Shown here in pieces: positions 43,770-53,961 of a stretch of 64,000 nucleotides of DNA. The number at the start of each line of letters is the position of its first letter. Position 1 is the stretch's first letter. Source of the DNA: an uncultured Planctomycetota bacterium (GTDB lineage Bacteria; Planctomycetota; Planctomycetia; Pirellulales; Lacipirellulaceae); the NCBI GenBank assembly GCA_963719315.1, contig CAVRBU010000002.1, positions 1-64,000 of the forward strand, given 5' to 3'. The position numbers and the translations under genes are program-made. The notes beneath the pieces are model-generated. The model worked only from the letters and a program-made list of their open reading frames with translations. It ran no database searches and was not told the DNA's origin.

Positions 43770-44261
43770 ATGAATACATCTCGACTGCACTCGACCCGAA
43801 ACGATCTAAATGTGGAGTCGCGCGAGAGAATCGTTACGCTGCTCAATCAACATCTGGCCGACACGTTTGACCTCTACAGCCAGACGAAACAAGCTCATTG
43901 GAACGTCAAAGGCCCGCATTTCTTCGCGTTACACGAGTTGTTCGATAAGCTTGCCGCGCTACTGGTGGACGACGTTGATACGATCGCCGAGCGGGCAACC
44001 GCCTTGAACGGCACAGCACGGGGCACCGCCCGTCAGTCCGCCGCGGCTTCGAGATTGCCGGAGTACCCACTCGATGCGACGGCTAGTATGCAGCACGTTG
44101 AAGCCTTGGCCGTGCGCTACGCCGCACTTGCCGCAACGTGCCGGTCGGCGATCGACGCAGCCAGTCAACTCGGCGACGCCGACACAGCGGACTTGTTCAC
44201 CGAAATCTCACGGGGTTTGGACAAGTCCCTCTGGTTTCTGGAGAGCCACTTGCAAGCGTAG
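43770..44261 (+). CDS. dps: DNA starvation/stationary phase protection protein Dps
   Basis: KQAHWNVKG, LHELFD, DTIAERA, DKSLWFLESH. Confidence 0.95.
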   Translation: MNTSRLHSTRNDLNVESRERIVTLLNQHLADTFDLYSQTKQAHWNVKGPHFFALHELFDKLAALLVDDVDTIAERATALNGTARGTARQSAAASRLPEYPLDATASMQHVEALAVRYAALAATCRSAIDAASQLGDADTADLFTEISRGLDKSLWFLESHLQA

Positions 44262-44286
44262 TTTGTGGTGTCGTGAGTGACGATTT

Positions 44287-45282
44287 ATGACCAAGACATT
44301 AAGTACGACGGCGGCTTCCGAGCCGCCTCGATCGATCTCCAAGCTGCGGCTCGGGCTGTGCTGCCAGTTCGTCGAGCAGCCGATCAAGTTTTGCACCACA
44401 ACGGCGACTAACTTGCTGCGCTTGAGCGCCCGGGAACGACAACACAAGTTGTCGCGACTTTGCCTCTCGAATGCCGAATCGCTGCTGTCGGCATTACAGT
44501 ATTGTGCGGACAACGGCATTGGCTGTTTCCGAATCGGCAGCTCGATTCTACCCATCAAGACTCATCCACAGGTCGGCTATTCGGTCGACGAGTTGCCGGA
44601 TGCCGAAGCCATCATCGGGGCGTTTCGTTGCTGCGGTACATTCGCGGCCGAGCACGGTATCCGCACCGTATTTCATCCCGATCAATTCGTCGTGCTCAAT
44701 TCGCGGCATGAGGACGTGGTCGAGAAGTCGATTGACGATCTCGAATATCAAGCTGAGGTGGCCGAGTGGGTGGGGGCAGATGTCATTAACGTTCATGGCG
44801 GCGGGGCTTACGGCGACAAAACCGCGGCGCTGGCCAGGTTCGCCCGAAATCTCGATCGATTGTCCGACGCGGTTCGGTCGCGTCTGACCATTGAAAACGA
44901 CGACAAGGTCTACACGCCGACCGACCTGTTGCCGCTGTGCCGAGCTGCCGTCCTGCCGCTCGTTTACGACGTCCATCATCACCGCTGCCTTCCGGATGGC
45001 TTGACCACTGAGCAATCGACGGATGCGGCGCTCTGCACGTGGGGCCGCGAACCACTCTTTCATATCTCCAGCCCACTGGCAGGCTGGAACGGACCAAAAC
45101 CTCAGCGACATCACGACTATATCGACCTCGGAGATTTTCCAGACTGCTGGCGACGGCTTTCCGTGACTGTCGAAGTTGAGGCAAAAGCCAAGGAACTCGC
45201 CGTGCTCCGGCTGCGCGACGAATTGCTCAGTGCAGTTGACACAACGTTTCGCCACCCATCCCGAACAGGAGTCAGCCGATGA
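44287..45282 (+). CDS. uvsE: UV DNA damage endonuclease
   Basis: HPDQFVVLNS, HGGG.YGDK, IENDDK, YDVHHH, EVEAKAKE. Confidence 0.93.
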   Translation: MTKTLSTTAASEPPRSISKLRLGLCCQFVEQPIKFCTTTATNLLRLSARERQHKLSRLCLSNAESLLSALQYCADNGIGCFRIGSSILPIKTHPQVGYSVDELPDAEAIIGAFRCCGTFAAEHGIRTVFHPDQFVVLNSRHEDVVEKSIDDLEYQAEVAEWVGADVINVHGGGAYGDKTAALARFARNLDRLSDAVRSRLTIENDDKVYTPTDLLPLCRAAVLPLVYDVHHHRCLPDGLTTEQSTDAALCTWGREPLFHISSPLAGWNGPKPQRHHDYIDLGDFPDCWRRLSVTVEVEAKAKELAVLRLRDELLSAVDTTFRHPSRTGVSR

Positions 45283-45827
45283 ATCTCCAAGCGAAACAGG
45301 CGCCCCCTGAGAGGCGAGATTCGATGAGAATCGTCCGTTCACCGAGCGGTCGCGGCTACCGGCTGGAGTCCTCGCAGTTCCTGCCGTATCCGCGGGATCA
45401 GGTGTTCGAGTTCTTTTCCGATGCATCGAATCTGCAATCCCTGACCCCGGCTTGGTTGCACTTTTCCGTGGTCACGCCGCCCCCCATTCACATCGCGGTT
45501 GGAACGCTCATTGACTACCGGCTACGAATCCACGGCGTGCCGCTTCACTGGCAAAGTCGCATCAGCGTGTGGGAGCCGCCGCTGCGTTTCATAGACGAAC
45601 AGACGCACGGTCCGTATCGGCGTTGGCACCATGAGCATTTGTTCGAGGCAGTCGAGGGCGGCACGCTGTGCCACGACATTGTCGACTACGCCGTATACGG
45701 TGGGTCGATAATCAACACGTTCTTTGTGCGTCCCGATTTATTCAAAATATTTTCCTTTCGCCAGGGCAAACTCCGCGAACTGTTTCCAGAAACCGGCGCT
45801 TCGACGGTGCAGTTCACCGGGGTTTGA
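45279..45827 (+). CDS. SRPBCC (START-like) family protein
   Basis: VFEFFSDASNL..LTP, FIDEQTHGPY..WHHEH. Confidence 0.88.
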   Translation: MNLQAKQAPPERRDSMRIVRSPSGRGYRLESSQFLPYPRDQVFEFFSDASNLQSLTPAWLHFSVVTPPPIHIAVGTLIDYRLRIHGVPLHWQSRISVWEPPLRFIDEQTHGPYRRWHHEHLFEAVEGGTLCHDIVDYAVYGGSIINTFFVRPDLFKIFSFRQGKLRELFPETGASTVQFTGV

Positions 45828-45841
45828 CGAGGAATACGGCC

Positions 45842-47782
45842 ATGCCAGGCAAAGTTCTACTCACGGGAGCAAGCGGTTACGTGGGAGGCCGATTACTGCG
45901 CCTCTTATCCGAGCGCTCGATCCCCGTGCGTTGCCTGGCTCGGCATCCCGAGTTTCTGTCCGCTCGCGTCACAGACACCGTCGAGGTTGTACGGGGCGAT
46001 GTTCTGGACCGCGAGTCGCTCTCGGCCGCGATGGCCGGCGTCGAGACGGCGTACTACTTTGTGCATTCGATGGGATCAGCCGAAGACTTCGAGGAGACGG
46101 ATCGGCGAGCCGCACGGAACTTCGCCGAGGCCGCGCGTGAGGCCGGGGTGCAACGCATCATTTATCTGGGTGGGCTGGGCGACGACGAAGACCAACTTTC
46201 GCCACATCTCCGCAGCCGCCACGAAGTTGGTCAGCTCCTCCGCTCAACTGGCGTGCAAGTGATCGAGTTCCGAGCTTCGATCGTACTGGGTTCGGGCAGC
46301 TTGTCGTTTGAGATGATTCGTGCCCTCGTCGAGAAGCTGCCCGTAATGATCACGCCACGCTGGGTTGCAGTTCCGGCGCAGCCGATCGCAATCGAGGACC
46401 TGCTCAACTATCTTGTTGCCGCACTCCAACTGAGCGGGAGCAACTCGTGCGTCTATGAAATTGGCGGCGCGGACCATGTGTCGTATGGCGAATTGATGCG
46501 AGAATATGCGCGACAGAGAGGCCTGCGACGGCTGCTCATTAGGGTGCCGGTGTTAACACCTCGGCTGTCAAGTTTGTGGCTCGGTCTGGTCACTCCGCTT
46601 TACGCCCGGATTGGCCGAAAACTAATCGACAGTATTCGGCATCCGACTCTCGTTCGAGACCCGTCGGCGCTAGCCGATTTCGACATTCGTCCGGTTGGCT
46701 ACCGAGAAGCAATTTCCGCGGCATTGCAAAACGAAGACCGGGAGATTGCGGAAACTCGCTGGTCGAACGCAGTTTCCTCCAGCGGTGCGACACGTTCGTG
46801 GGCCGGTGTGCGATTCGGCAATCGCTTGATTGATTCACGTGTTGAGTCGAGTCCCATGTCACCGGAACACGCCTTTGTCCCGATTCGGCGAATCGGCGGC
46901 GATCGGGGATGGTATTACGCCGATGGTTTGTGGAAGCTGCGCGGACTGCTCGACCTTTTAGTTGGAGGCATCGGGCTTCGCCGCGGCCGCCGCGATCGGG
47001 ATCAGGTCCGAATGGGGGACACTATCGATTGCTGGCGAGTTGAAGCCTATGAGCCAGATCGTCGACTGCGACTCTTGGCCGAGATGCGTCTGCCCGGCCG
47101 AGCGTGGCTCGAATTCGAAGTTCAGCCCACGACGAGTGGTTCGCAGATTCGGCAGACTGCTATGTTCGATCCGGTCGGCCTGGCTGGACTTGCGTATTGG
47201 TATCTTGTTTATCCGCTGCACCAAATAGTATTCGCGGGCATGTTGCGCGGCATCGTCCGAGCCGGTCGCGAATTCGTAGACGCTCACGTTGAGCCCTGGC
47301 GACCATCGCGCGCGAGGCAAACCGCGTGGCTGTTTGGCCTTGTCGCAATCTGTTTTGCCGCGGCGGCCGCAGGCGGGACTTTAACTTCCACGTCAGTCGG
47401 TGACTGGTATCAAACGCTCAAGAAACCGAGTTGGACACCACCGGATTGGCTTTTCGGTCCCGCCTGGACAGCGCTGTATTTCCTGATGGCTGTTTCGGCC
47501 TGGCTCGTATGGCGACGTGGCGGTTGGCGCAGGTCACGAGTATCCCTTGGACTATTTGGGCTGCAACTCATGCTCAACGTGGGTTGGTCGGCCATCTTCT
47601 TCGGAATGCGTAGTCCAGGCTTCGCGTTCGGTGAGATTTTGATCCTGTGGCTGGCGATTACTGCGACGGCCGTAAGCTTCTGGGGCCAATCTGCGTCTGC
47701 TGCCCTATTGTTCACGCCCTATCTCGCCTGGACCAGTTTCGCTGGTTTGTTGAACTTCGCGATATGGAGAATGAATTCATGA
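45842..47782 (+). CDS. SDR NAD(P)-binding + DUF2867 + C-terminal TspO/MBR fusion
   Basis: TGASGYVG; GGDRGWYY..AEMRLPGRAWLEF; WYQTLKKPSWTPPDWLFGPAWT..LNVGWS..PYLAW in one frame. Confidence 0.88.
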   Translation: MPGKVLLTGASGYVGGRLLRLLSERSIPVRCLARHPEFLSARVTDTVEVVRGDVLDRESLSAAMAGVETAYYFVHSMGSAEDFEETDRRAARNFAEAAREAGVQRIIYLGGLGDDEDQLSPHLRSRHEVGQLLRSTGVQVIEFRASIVLGSGSLSFEMIRALVEKLPVMITPRWVAVPAQPIAIEDLLNYLVAALQLSGSNSCVYEIGGADHVSYGELMREYARQRGLRRLLIRVPVLTPRLSSLWLGLVTPLYARIGRKLIDSIRHPTLVRDPSALADFDIRPVGYREAISAALQNEDREIAETRWSNAVSSSGATRSWAGVRFGNRLIDSRVESSPMSPEHAFVPIRRIGGDRGWYYADGLWKLRGLLDLLVGGIGLRRGRRDRDQVRMGDTIDCWRVEAYEPDRRLRLLAEMRLPGRAWLEFEVQPTTSGSQIRQTAMFDPVGLAGLAYWYLVYPLHQIVFAGMLRGIVRAGREFVDAHVEPWRPSRARQTAWLFGLVAICFAAAAAGGTLTSTSVGDWYQTLKKPSWTPPDWLFGPAWTALYFLMAVSAWLVWRRGGWRRSRVSLGLFGLQLMLNVGWSAIFFGMRSPGFAFGEILILWLAITATAVSFWGQSASAALLFTPYLAWTSFAGLLNFAIWRMNS

Positions 47783-48720
47783 GTGGTGCAACTTCAACCG
47801 TCGTAGTGCCAGCGCCAAGACGCGCGTTGGAGCGTCCTCGATCGTTGCCCGAGTCGTTACCCGATCCGAGCGACAAGCCGGACTGGTTTAGGCTGGGTGC
47901 GTTGGTGTTCATGCACGCCGGTTGTCTGGGCGTAGTGTGGGTGGGCTGGAGTTGGACGGCCGTCAGCCTCGCAGCGCTGTTCTATCTTGGTCGCGCGTTT
48001 GGGCTGACCGGCTTCTATCACCGCTATTTTTCGCATCGAGCATTCAGAACATCTCGATGGTTGCAGTTCGTAGGCGCCCTGCTGGGATGCTTGGCGCTGC
48101 AAAAAGGACCTCTGTGGTGGGCCGCTCATCACCGCGAACACCACCGCAGTTCCGACCATGAGGGCGATGTTCATTCCCCTCACGTACATGGCTTTGTCTG
48201 GGCTCACATGGGCTGGTTTCTCACGCCCCGAAACAACGAATTACGAGCCGACTTAATCCGCGATTGGATGAAGTTTCCCGAACTACGCTGGCTCGATCGC
48301 TGTGCTCCCTTGGTCGCGCTCCTTTTCGCGGCAACGCTCTACGGGCTTGGTGAGCTGCTTCACGTGTCGATGCCCGGCCTGAGTGTTAATGGTCCGCAGC
48401 TTCTCGTCTGGGGTTTCTTCCTGTCAACCGTGACTCTTTACCACGCGACGTACTCCGTTAACTCGTTGGCCCACATGTTCGGCGGTCGGCGATTTGCCAC
48501 CGCGGACGATAGCCGAAATAACTTGCTCGTCGCGATGCTTACGCTGGGAGAAGGCTGGCACAACAACCATCATCACTACCCATCGTCCGCGCGCCAGGGG
48601 TTCTTCTGGTGGGAGATCGACCCAACATATTACGTGCTGGTTGGTTTGGAAAGGTTGGGTTTAGTCTGGGATTTGCGCCCTGTTCCGCAGCATGTGCTTG
48701 GGCGGGAACTCGACGAGTGA
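47779..48720 (+). CDS. Acyl-CoA (delta-9 type) fatty acid desaturase
   Basis: His boxes HRYFSH, HHREHH, GEGWHNNHH. Confidence 0.93.
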   Translation: MSGATSTVVVPAPRRALERPRSLPESLPDPSDKPDWFRLGALVFMHAGCLGVVWVGWSWTAVSLAALFYLGRAFGLTGFYHRYFSHRAFRTSRWLQFVGALLGCLALQKGPLWWAAHHREHHRSSDHEGDVHSPHVHGFVWAHMGWFLTPRNNELRADLIRDWMKFPELRWLDRCAPLVALLFAATLYGLGELLHVSMPGLSVNGPQLLVWGFFLSTVTLYHATYSVNSLAHMFGGRRFATADDSRNNLLVAMLTLGEGWHNNHHHYPSSARQGFFWWEIDPTYYVLVGLERLGLVWDLRPVPQHVLGRELDE

Positions 48721-48755
48721 TCTGGCTCGACACTTTATCGATACTAAAAGCTGTT

Positions 48756-49805
48756 ATGTCCGAACCGTTTGACGCACTGTTGCTGGTATCCTTTGGCGGT
48801 CCAGAATGCCGTGAAGACGTGATTCCGTTCCTGCAAAACGTCACTCGCGGCAAGAATGTACCGCGTGAGCGGCTGCTGGAAGTAGCCGAGCACTACTACT
48901 ACTTTGACGGCATCAGTCCGATCAACCAGCAAAACCGCGAACTCATGGCCGCTCTGAGTACGGAATTGGCGAAACATGGTCGCCATCTGCCGATCTACTG
49001 GGGCAACCGCAATTGGCATCCAATGATCCCTGACGCAATCCGCCAGATGCGCGATGACGGGGTGCGGCGAGCGCTGGCCTTCGTCACGTCGGCGTTCAGT
49101 TCGTATTCCGGCTGCCGCCAGTATCGCGAGGACATCGAACGGGCGTGCGCCGAAGTTGGCTCCGCTGCCCCGCTGGTCGAGAAACTTCGACCATTTTTCA
49201 ATCATCCCGGCTTCATCGAGGCCGTTGTAGGTCGGGTGCAGGAAGCACTCGAAAGTGTCTCGGCCGATTTTAGTACCCAGACGCAACTCGTCTTTACGGC
49301 CCACAGCATCCCCATTGCAATGTCGAAGGGCTGCCGCTATGCCGAGCAACTGCGTGAGTCATGCTCGTTGGTTGCAGATCGCGTCGGACAATTGCCGTGG
49401 ACCTTAACCTTTCAAAGCCGCAGTGGATCGCCGAGTCAGCCCTGGCTGGAACCAGATATCTGCGATTGGCTACGTGAGTTCTCCCAACAGGGCGAGCGGA
49501 CGAATGTCGTCGTGATCCCGATCGGCTTCATTTCGGATCACGTGGAAATTCTGTTTGACCTCGACCGCGAAGCTCGGTCCATCGCCAATGCATGCGGCTT
49601 GCAGATGGCAAGAGCCGGCACCGTTGGGACACATCCCCGCTTTATCCACATGATACGTGAATTGATCAGCGAACGAATGGATGGGTTGCCGCCACAATCA
49701 CTGGGTGTGCTGGGACCCAACCCAGATGTGTGCCCGGAAGACTGCTGCCTTTCCAGACGTCCCGCGTTGCCCAATGTTGTGACTTCAATTACCACGAGGG
49801 TTTAA
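48756..49805 (+). CDS. hemH: Ferrochelatase
   Basis: SFGGPE, FTAHSIP, QSRSG..WLEPD, IGFISDHVEILFDLD. Confidence 0.93.
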   Translation: MSEPFDALLLVSFGGPECREDVIPFLQNVTRGKNVPRERLLEVAEHYYYFDGISPINQQNRELMAALSTELAKHGRHLPIYWGNRNWHPMIPDAIRQMRDDGVRRALAFVTSAFSSYSGCRQYREDIERACAEVGSAAPLVEKLRPFFNHPGFIEAVVGRVQEALESVSADFSTQTQLVFTAHSIPIAMSKGCRYAEQLRESCSLVADRVGQLPWTLTFQSRSGSPSQPWLEPDICDWLREFSQQGERTNVVVIPIGFISDHVEILFDLDREARSIANACGLQMARAGTVGTHPRFIHMIRELISERMDGLPPQSLGVLGPNPDVCPEDCCLSRRPALPNVVTSITTRV

Positions 49806-49806
49806 G

Positions 49807-50223
49807 ATGCAAAACTGGAAGCTGTTCGCAATCCTGTTGCCAATTTTCCTATTCATCGACTTGCTCTGGTTGGGCATCGTCATGAAAGGGTTTTACAGCC
49901 AGGAGCTTGGTGAGTTGGCTCGCCGACAAGGAACGGCGCTCGCTCCTCGGTGGGGCGCCGCGGTATTGGTGTACCTGCTGATTCCCGGCGGCCTAGTTCT
50001 GTTTGTGCGGCCACTGCTGGGAGTGAACGCTACGACCTGGCAAGCAATTGGCTGGGGCGCGCTCTATGGTCTAGTTCTATATGGGGTTTATGACCTGACG
50101 AATCTGGCCGTGCTAGAAAAGTGGACTGTGCGCATGACCTTAGCCGACATCGCCTGGGGTTGCGTGTTGTGCGGTACGATCAGCGCCATCATGCGGCTCG
50201 TCGAGAACTGGCTCAATCGCTAG
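49807..50223 (+). CDS. DUF2177 family membrane protein
   Basis: IDLLWL, YGVYDLTNLA, DIAWG. Confidence 0.85.
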   Translation: MQNWKLFAILLPIFLFIDLLWLGIVMKGFYSQELGELARRQGTALAPRWGAAVLVYLLIPGGLVLFVRPLLGVNATTWQAIGWGALYGLVLYGVYDLTNLAVLEKWTVRMTLADIAWGCVLCGTISAIMRLVENWLNR

Positions 50224-50257
50224 GGCGTTCAGGCAACCATGTTGGAGTCAAATCTTT

Positions 50258-50746
50258 ATGGAACGGAACTCGCCAGACCACGAAAGATACATGAAGCTCG
50301 CTATTGCCTCTGCTCGACGCAATCCTGAGTGCCCGTTTGGGGCCGTGCTCGTCGACTCTCGTCGCGCCGAAGTCGTGGCGGAGGGCTACAATCGAACTAC
50401 CAATAACCCAACGTGGCACGGAGAGATGGACGCGATCAACCGCTACTCCGAGCAGTCAAAGAGCGAACCATGGCAGCATTTGCACCTCTACACGACCGCG
50501 GAGCCCTGCTGCATGTGCCAAGGCGCAATTCTCTGGGCAGAGATTCCATTGGTTGTCTACGGGACGTCGATTGAGCGGCTTCAGCAGATGGGTTGGAAGC
50601 AAATTGATATCTACGCCAACGAAGTGGCCCGCAGGACACCGTTCGCAAAATGTCAAATTATCGGAGGTGTCCTAGCGGAAGAGTGTGGTCGGTTATTCAC
50701 GTCGGCCGCTACATTGCGGGAGCCCGACTCGACGAAAAGTGCTTAG
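50258..50746 (+). CDS. Zinc-dependent nucleoside deaminase
   Basis: PFGAVLV, HGE, EPCCMC. Confidence 0.9.
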   Translation: MERNSPDHERYMKLAIASARRNPECPFGAVLVDSRRAEVVAEGYNRTTNNPTWHGEMDAINRYSEQSKSEPWQHLHLYTTAEPCCMCQGAILWAEIPLVVYGTSIERLQQMGWKQIDIYANEVARRTPFAKCQIIGGVLAEECGRLFTSAATLREPDSTKSA

Positions 50747-51169
50747 AACCCCTAACAAAACCCTTCGGTGAGTATGTTGAAGCAGATGAGAGATTGAGCC
50801 AGAGTCACAAAGGCTTTATGGATATCGGCCCTCCGATCAAATCGCGTTCGCAGCCGCCGGAAATTATTCATCCAACTGAGCGTACGTTCGGAAACCCAAC
50901 GATAAATTCCTAGGCCGCTGCCATGTTCCGTATTGCGTTTAGCCAAGTGGGGTTTGATGCCGCGATCGCGGAGTGCTTGTCGGTGCTTTTCGGAGTCGTA
51001 CGCCCGATCCGCATACACCTCTTCCGGACGCTGTTTCGGCCGGCCCGGTTTGCCCGCCACCGGCTCGATTCCGTCAATCAACGGGATCAGTTGGGTCACG
51101 TCGTGTCGATTGGCGGCGGTGAGAATGAATTTGAGCGGGACGCCGTTCGCATCGGTGACCACATGATGT

Positions 51170-52135
51170 TTACTGCCGGGTTTTCGCCGATCCGTTGGGT
51201 TCGGTCCTGCTCAGTAGAAAACCTAGGTGTTGTCTGAGAATCGAGATGTTGTGAGTGAGTGTTTTGAGGAGCAGGAGTCGGCAGCGGCGCCAGTGGGTGC
51301 GGGCGTTGACGACTTCTCCCGAGAGACGTTTGATCATCGAGTAGACGGTTTCCACCTGCCAACGTTGTCCATAACGACTTTCGTGCAAATGACGTTTCAT
51401 CTGCTTTCGATAGCGGCCCACGGGTTCCCCGGCCGGCGGTCGGCCGTGCTCGGCGGGGATCAGGGACTGAATCCCCAGTTCGTCGCGGGCCAACACGTGG
51501 TTGGCTTCGCTGTCGAAGCCGGCGTCCGCCGCGACCGCCTTCACTCCGGTGCGAGCCTGCGCTTCGACGACGAGCGGGCGGAAATCGCCGAAGTCGGGCC
51601 GCGGTCCCTGGCTAGCCCGGGCCGCCAGGCAGAAATGACTCGTCGTGTCGCAGACCACGCCCAGCTTGGGGTAGCGGCGATAGGAGACGGCGCACGTTCG
51701 TCCGTGTTTTCCCACCTTTTTTCGACGCCAGGCATAGTAGCGACTGGTGTGCCGCGCTTCGAAGCCGCTGGTGTCGATGGCTGCCAATCGCACGGAGCGG
51801 CGGAGCAGCTTGGCCTTCCGTGCCCGCTGGACCGTGGCCGTGATCAGCCGTTGAAACGACTTCTTCACCAACAACCGATCGGCCGACTTTTGCAGCGTCG
51901 TGAAGTGGGGCACCTTTTCCAGGCCGATCGCTTCGCACAGCGAATCGCTGTCCGCCAACAGGCCAACGGTGCCCCGATAGGTCAGGTTGTAAAAATCCTT
52001 GAGCACCAGACAGGCAAACAGTTGATGCTGCGTGAAGACCCGTGGGCTGAACCGATGCGAGTACCGCGGCAGCGAAGCCTGGGCCACGGCCAGTGCCTCG
52101 ACCAACACGCGCTTCGGACTCTTGCTCGTCTTCAT
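51170..52135 (-). CDS. DDE transposase of nested IS
   Basis: PHFTTL, IDTSGF, ADAGFD, YGQRWQVETVYSMIKR. Confidence 0.92.
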   Translation of the reverse strand: MKTSKSPKRVLVEALAVAQASLPRYSHRFSPRVFTQHQLFACLVLKDFYNLTYRGTVGLLADSDSLCEAIGLEKVPHFTTLQKSADRLLVKKSFQRLITATVQRARKAKLLRRSVRLAAIDTSGFEARHTSRYYAWRRKKVGKHGRTCAVSYRRYPKLGVVCDTTSHFCLAARASQGPRPDFGDFRPLVVEAQARTGVKAVAADAGFDSEANHVLARDELGIQSLIPAEHGRPPAGEPVGRYRKQMKRHLHESRYGQRWQVETVYSMIKRLSGEVVNARTHWRRCRLLLLKTLTHNISILRQHLGFLLSRTEPNGSAKTRQ

Positions 52136-52199
52136 CCACCGTCATACGAACCAACACACACCGATGTTTAGCTAGCATTCAGACGTTTTCTACTGAGCA
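51208..52199 (-). mobile_element. Nested ~1-kb IS (IS5/IS4-superfamily DDE)
   Basis: IR TGCTCAGTAGAAAAC / GTTTTCTACTGAGCA with 9-bp duplication GTTCGGTCC (equivalently 16-bp IR with 7-bp duplication). Confidence 0.92.
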
Positions 52200-52882
52200 G
52201 TTCGGTCCCGTTTTTTCGCCGCCCCCTACAGCACGAACCGTCGCACTATCGACTGCCGCTCGCGACCAATCGAGTTGATCGGCGCTGCGCAGATTCTCCA
52301 ACAATGTTTGTTTCAACGCCTCCCAGACGCCTGCTTCGTGCCACTCCTGTAACCGTCGCCAGCAGGTCATTCCAGATCCACATCCCATTTCCAGGGGAAG
52401 ATATTCCCAAGGAATACCCGTTCGTAAAACAAAAATGATTCCGGTCAAGACTTTGCGATCATCGATCCGCGGTCGGCCTCCTTTGGGGCTCGGTTCGTGT
52501 TCAGGGAGTAAAGGAGACAACATCTCCCACAATTCGTCAGGAACTAATTCTTTAGCCATCGTTGGTCCTCCAGATAGTTGGTTTCACTCCAAAGGAATTC
52601 TGGGGACAATCAACGCCGTGTCACGACTGCAATTTCAAAAACAAGTTTTACATCTTCCACAACGACTCGAATCAATTACTAGCACTGCTAGTAGACAGTA
52701 TTGTTAGGGGTTCTTAGATCTCCGTGAACGGTTCTGCTTTCTGGCACGGCAGGGATACGTAGGCGGACGCTTGTTGCCAATGTTGGAGCAGCGAGGCTGT
52801 CGAGTTCGAACGTCAGATTCGTCCGCCCATTTAACCGACCTTTAACCCTTACTTCCAGTACTTCCAGCAAAGAACCCATTTC

Positions 52883-53731
52883 ATGAATAAAAGCGATACG
52901 GAACGCATGCAGTGTATGGAGGTTTGGGGAGGCAACCGGGCCACGAACCGTACTTTTGAAACACCGGGACTGAAGATCTGGATTTACAGTCGACCATATC
53001 GCCAAGCAACCGGCGGCGGCGACGTATACTATCTCTCTTCTTGTGCTTCCGGACGAATCACACGCATCTTGCTCGCCGATGTCAGCGGGCATGGTGAGAA
53101 GGTGTCGCATGTAGCGACAGAATTACGAGACTTGATGCGACGCAACGTGAACTACATCAAGCAAACTCGCTTCGTCCAGGCGATGAACCGGCAGTTCGCC
53201 CAATTTTCTGATCAGGGGGGCTTTGCGACGGCAGTGGTAAGCACGTATTTTGCACCAACCATGATGTTCACTCTTAGTAATGCGGGCCACCCCACTCCAC
53301 TTCTACTGCGTAAGGACGCTACCGCGTGGTCCGAACTGAAGTTGCAAGCCACTGAATCTAAGCGCATGACCGATTTGCCGCTGGGTATCCTCGATGACGC
53401 GGCCTACGGACAAGTCGAAATCCGTCTCCACCCCGGAGATGCGGTGCTCTGCTACAGCGATGCAGTCACGGAATCGATAGATTCCGACGGTCGCCAGCTA
53501 GGGCAGGCCGGCGTATTGAATTTAGTTGGTAGCTTGGAGGCAGAAGCACCGGCAGATATTATCCCTGAACTCGCCGTTCGCTTGAGAAGGTTGTCAGCCG
53601 ACAACCTGGAGCAAGATGATGTTACGCTGATGATTTGCCAGGCAACCGGCAGTGGACCGACTCTGAAAGACAATCTACTTGCTCCTTTTCGACTATTCGG
53701 CCCAGTGTCGGATCACACGGTCCTCGATTGA
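52883..53731 (+). CDS. PP2C/SpoIIE-type phosphatase
   Basis: GGDVY, ADVSGHG, NAGHP, YSDAVTE, DDVT. Confidence 0.9.
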   Translation: MNKSDTERMQCMEVWGGNRATNRTFETPGLKIWIYSRPYRQATGGGDVYYLSSCASGRITRILLADVSGHGEKVSHVATELRDLMRRNVNYIKQTRFVQAMNRQFAQFSDQGGFATAVVSTYFAPTMMFTLSNAGHPTPLLLRKDATAWSELKLQATESKRMTDLPLGILDDAAYGQVEIRLHPGDAVLCYSDAVTESIDSDGRQLGQAGVLNLVGSLEAEAPADIIPELAVRLRRLSADNLEQDDVTLMICQATGSGPTLKDNLLAPFRLFGPVSDHTVLD

Positions 53732-53961
53732 TGCCCTTTTTCTCGCGACTGTTGCTGCGCTCTCTCGCCGAGAATTATCCAACGCAAGAGCAAGCTTACA
53801 ACGGCGACTGCAGGTCAGCCCACATCTCAGTCAAAGCGCAGAAAGTCATCAGGACCTCGCCACACGCCCAAACTATCGTATTACCGGCAATTTCAAGACC
53901 AACTTATTTCTGCAAGCGACTAACGCAGATTCAATTGGCCAAATTCGATACTAGGTCCACC

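Larger units (their letters stand above)
50752..52559 (-). pseudogene. IS5-family transposase split by nested IS
   Basis: Removing the insert restores in-frame ...GGGEKTGPNPTDRRKPGSKHH...; DSA, ADRAYD, RWVSER. Confidence 0.9.
50746..52713 (-). mobile_element. IS5-family element interrupted by a second IS
   Basis: IR GAACCCCTAACAA / TTGTTAGGGGTTC; 3-bp TTA duplication (50743-50745, 52714-52716); ~970 bp without the insert. Confidence 0.9.

Noticed and set aside
51227..52171. 314-aa plus-strand ORF and similar long antisense ORFs (e.g. 22228-23040, 44548-45426)
   Set aside because: Shadow frames of well-supported genes in high-GC DNA.
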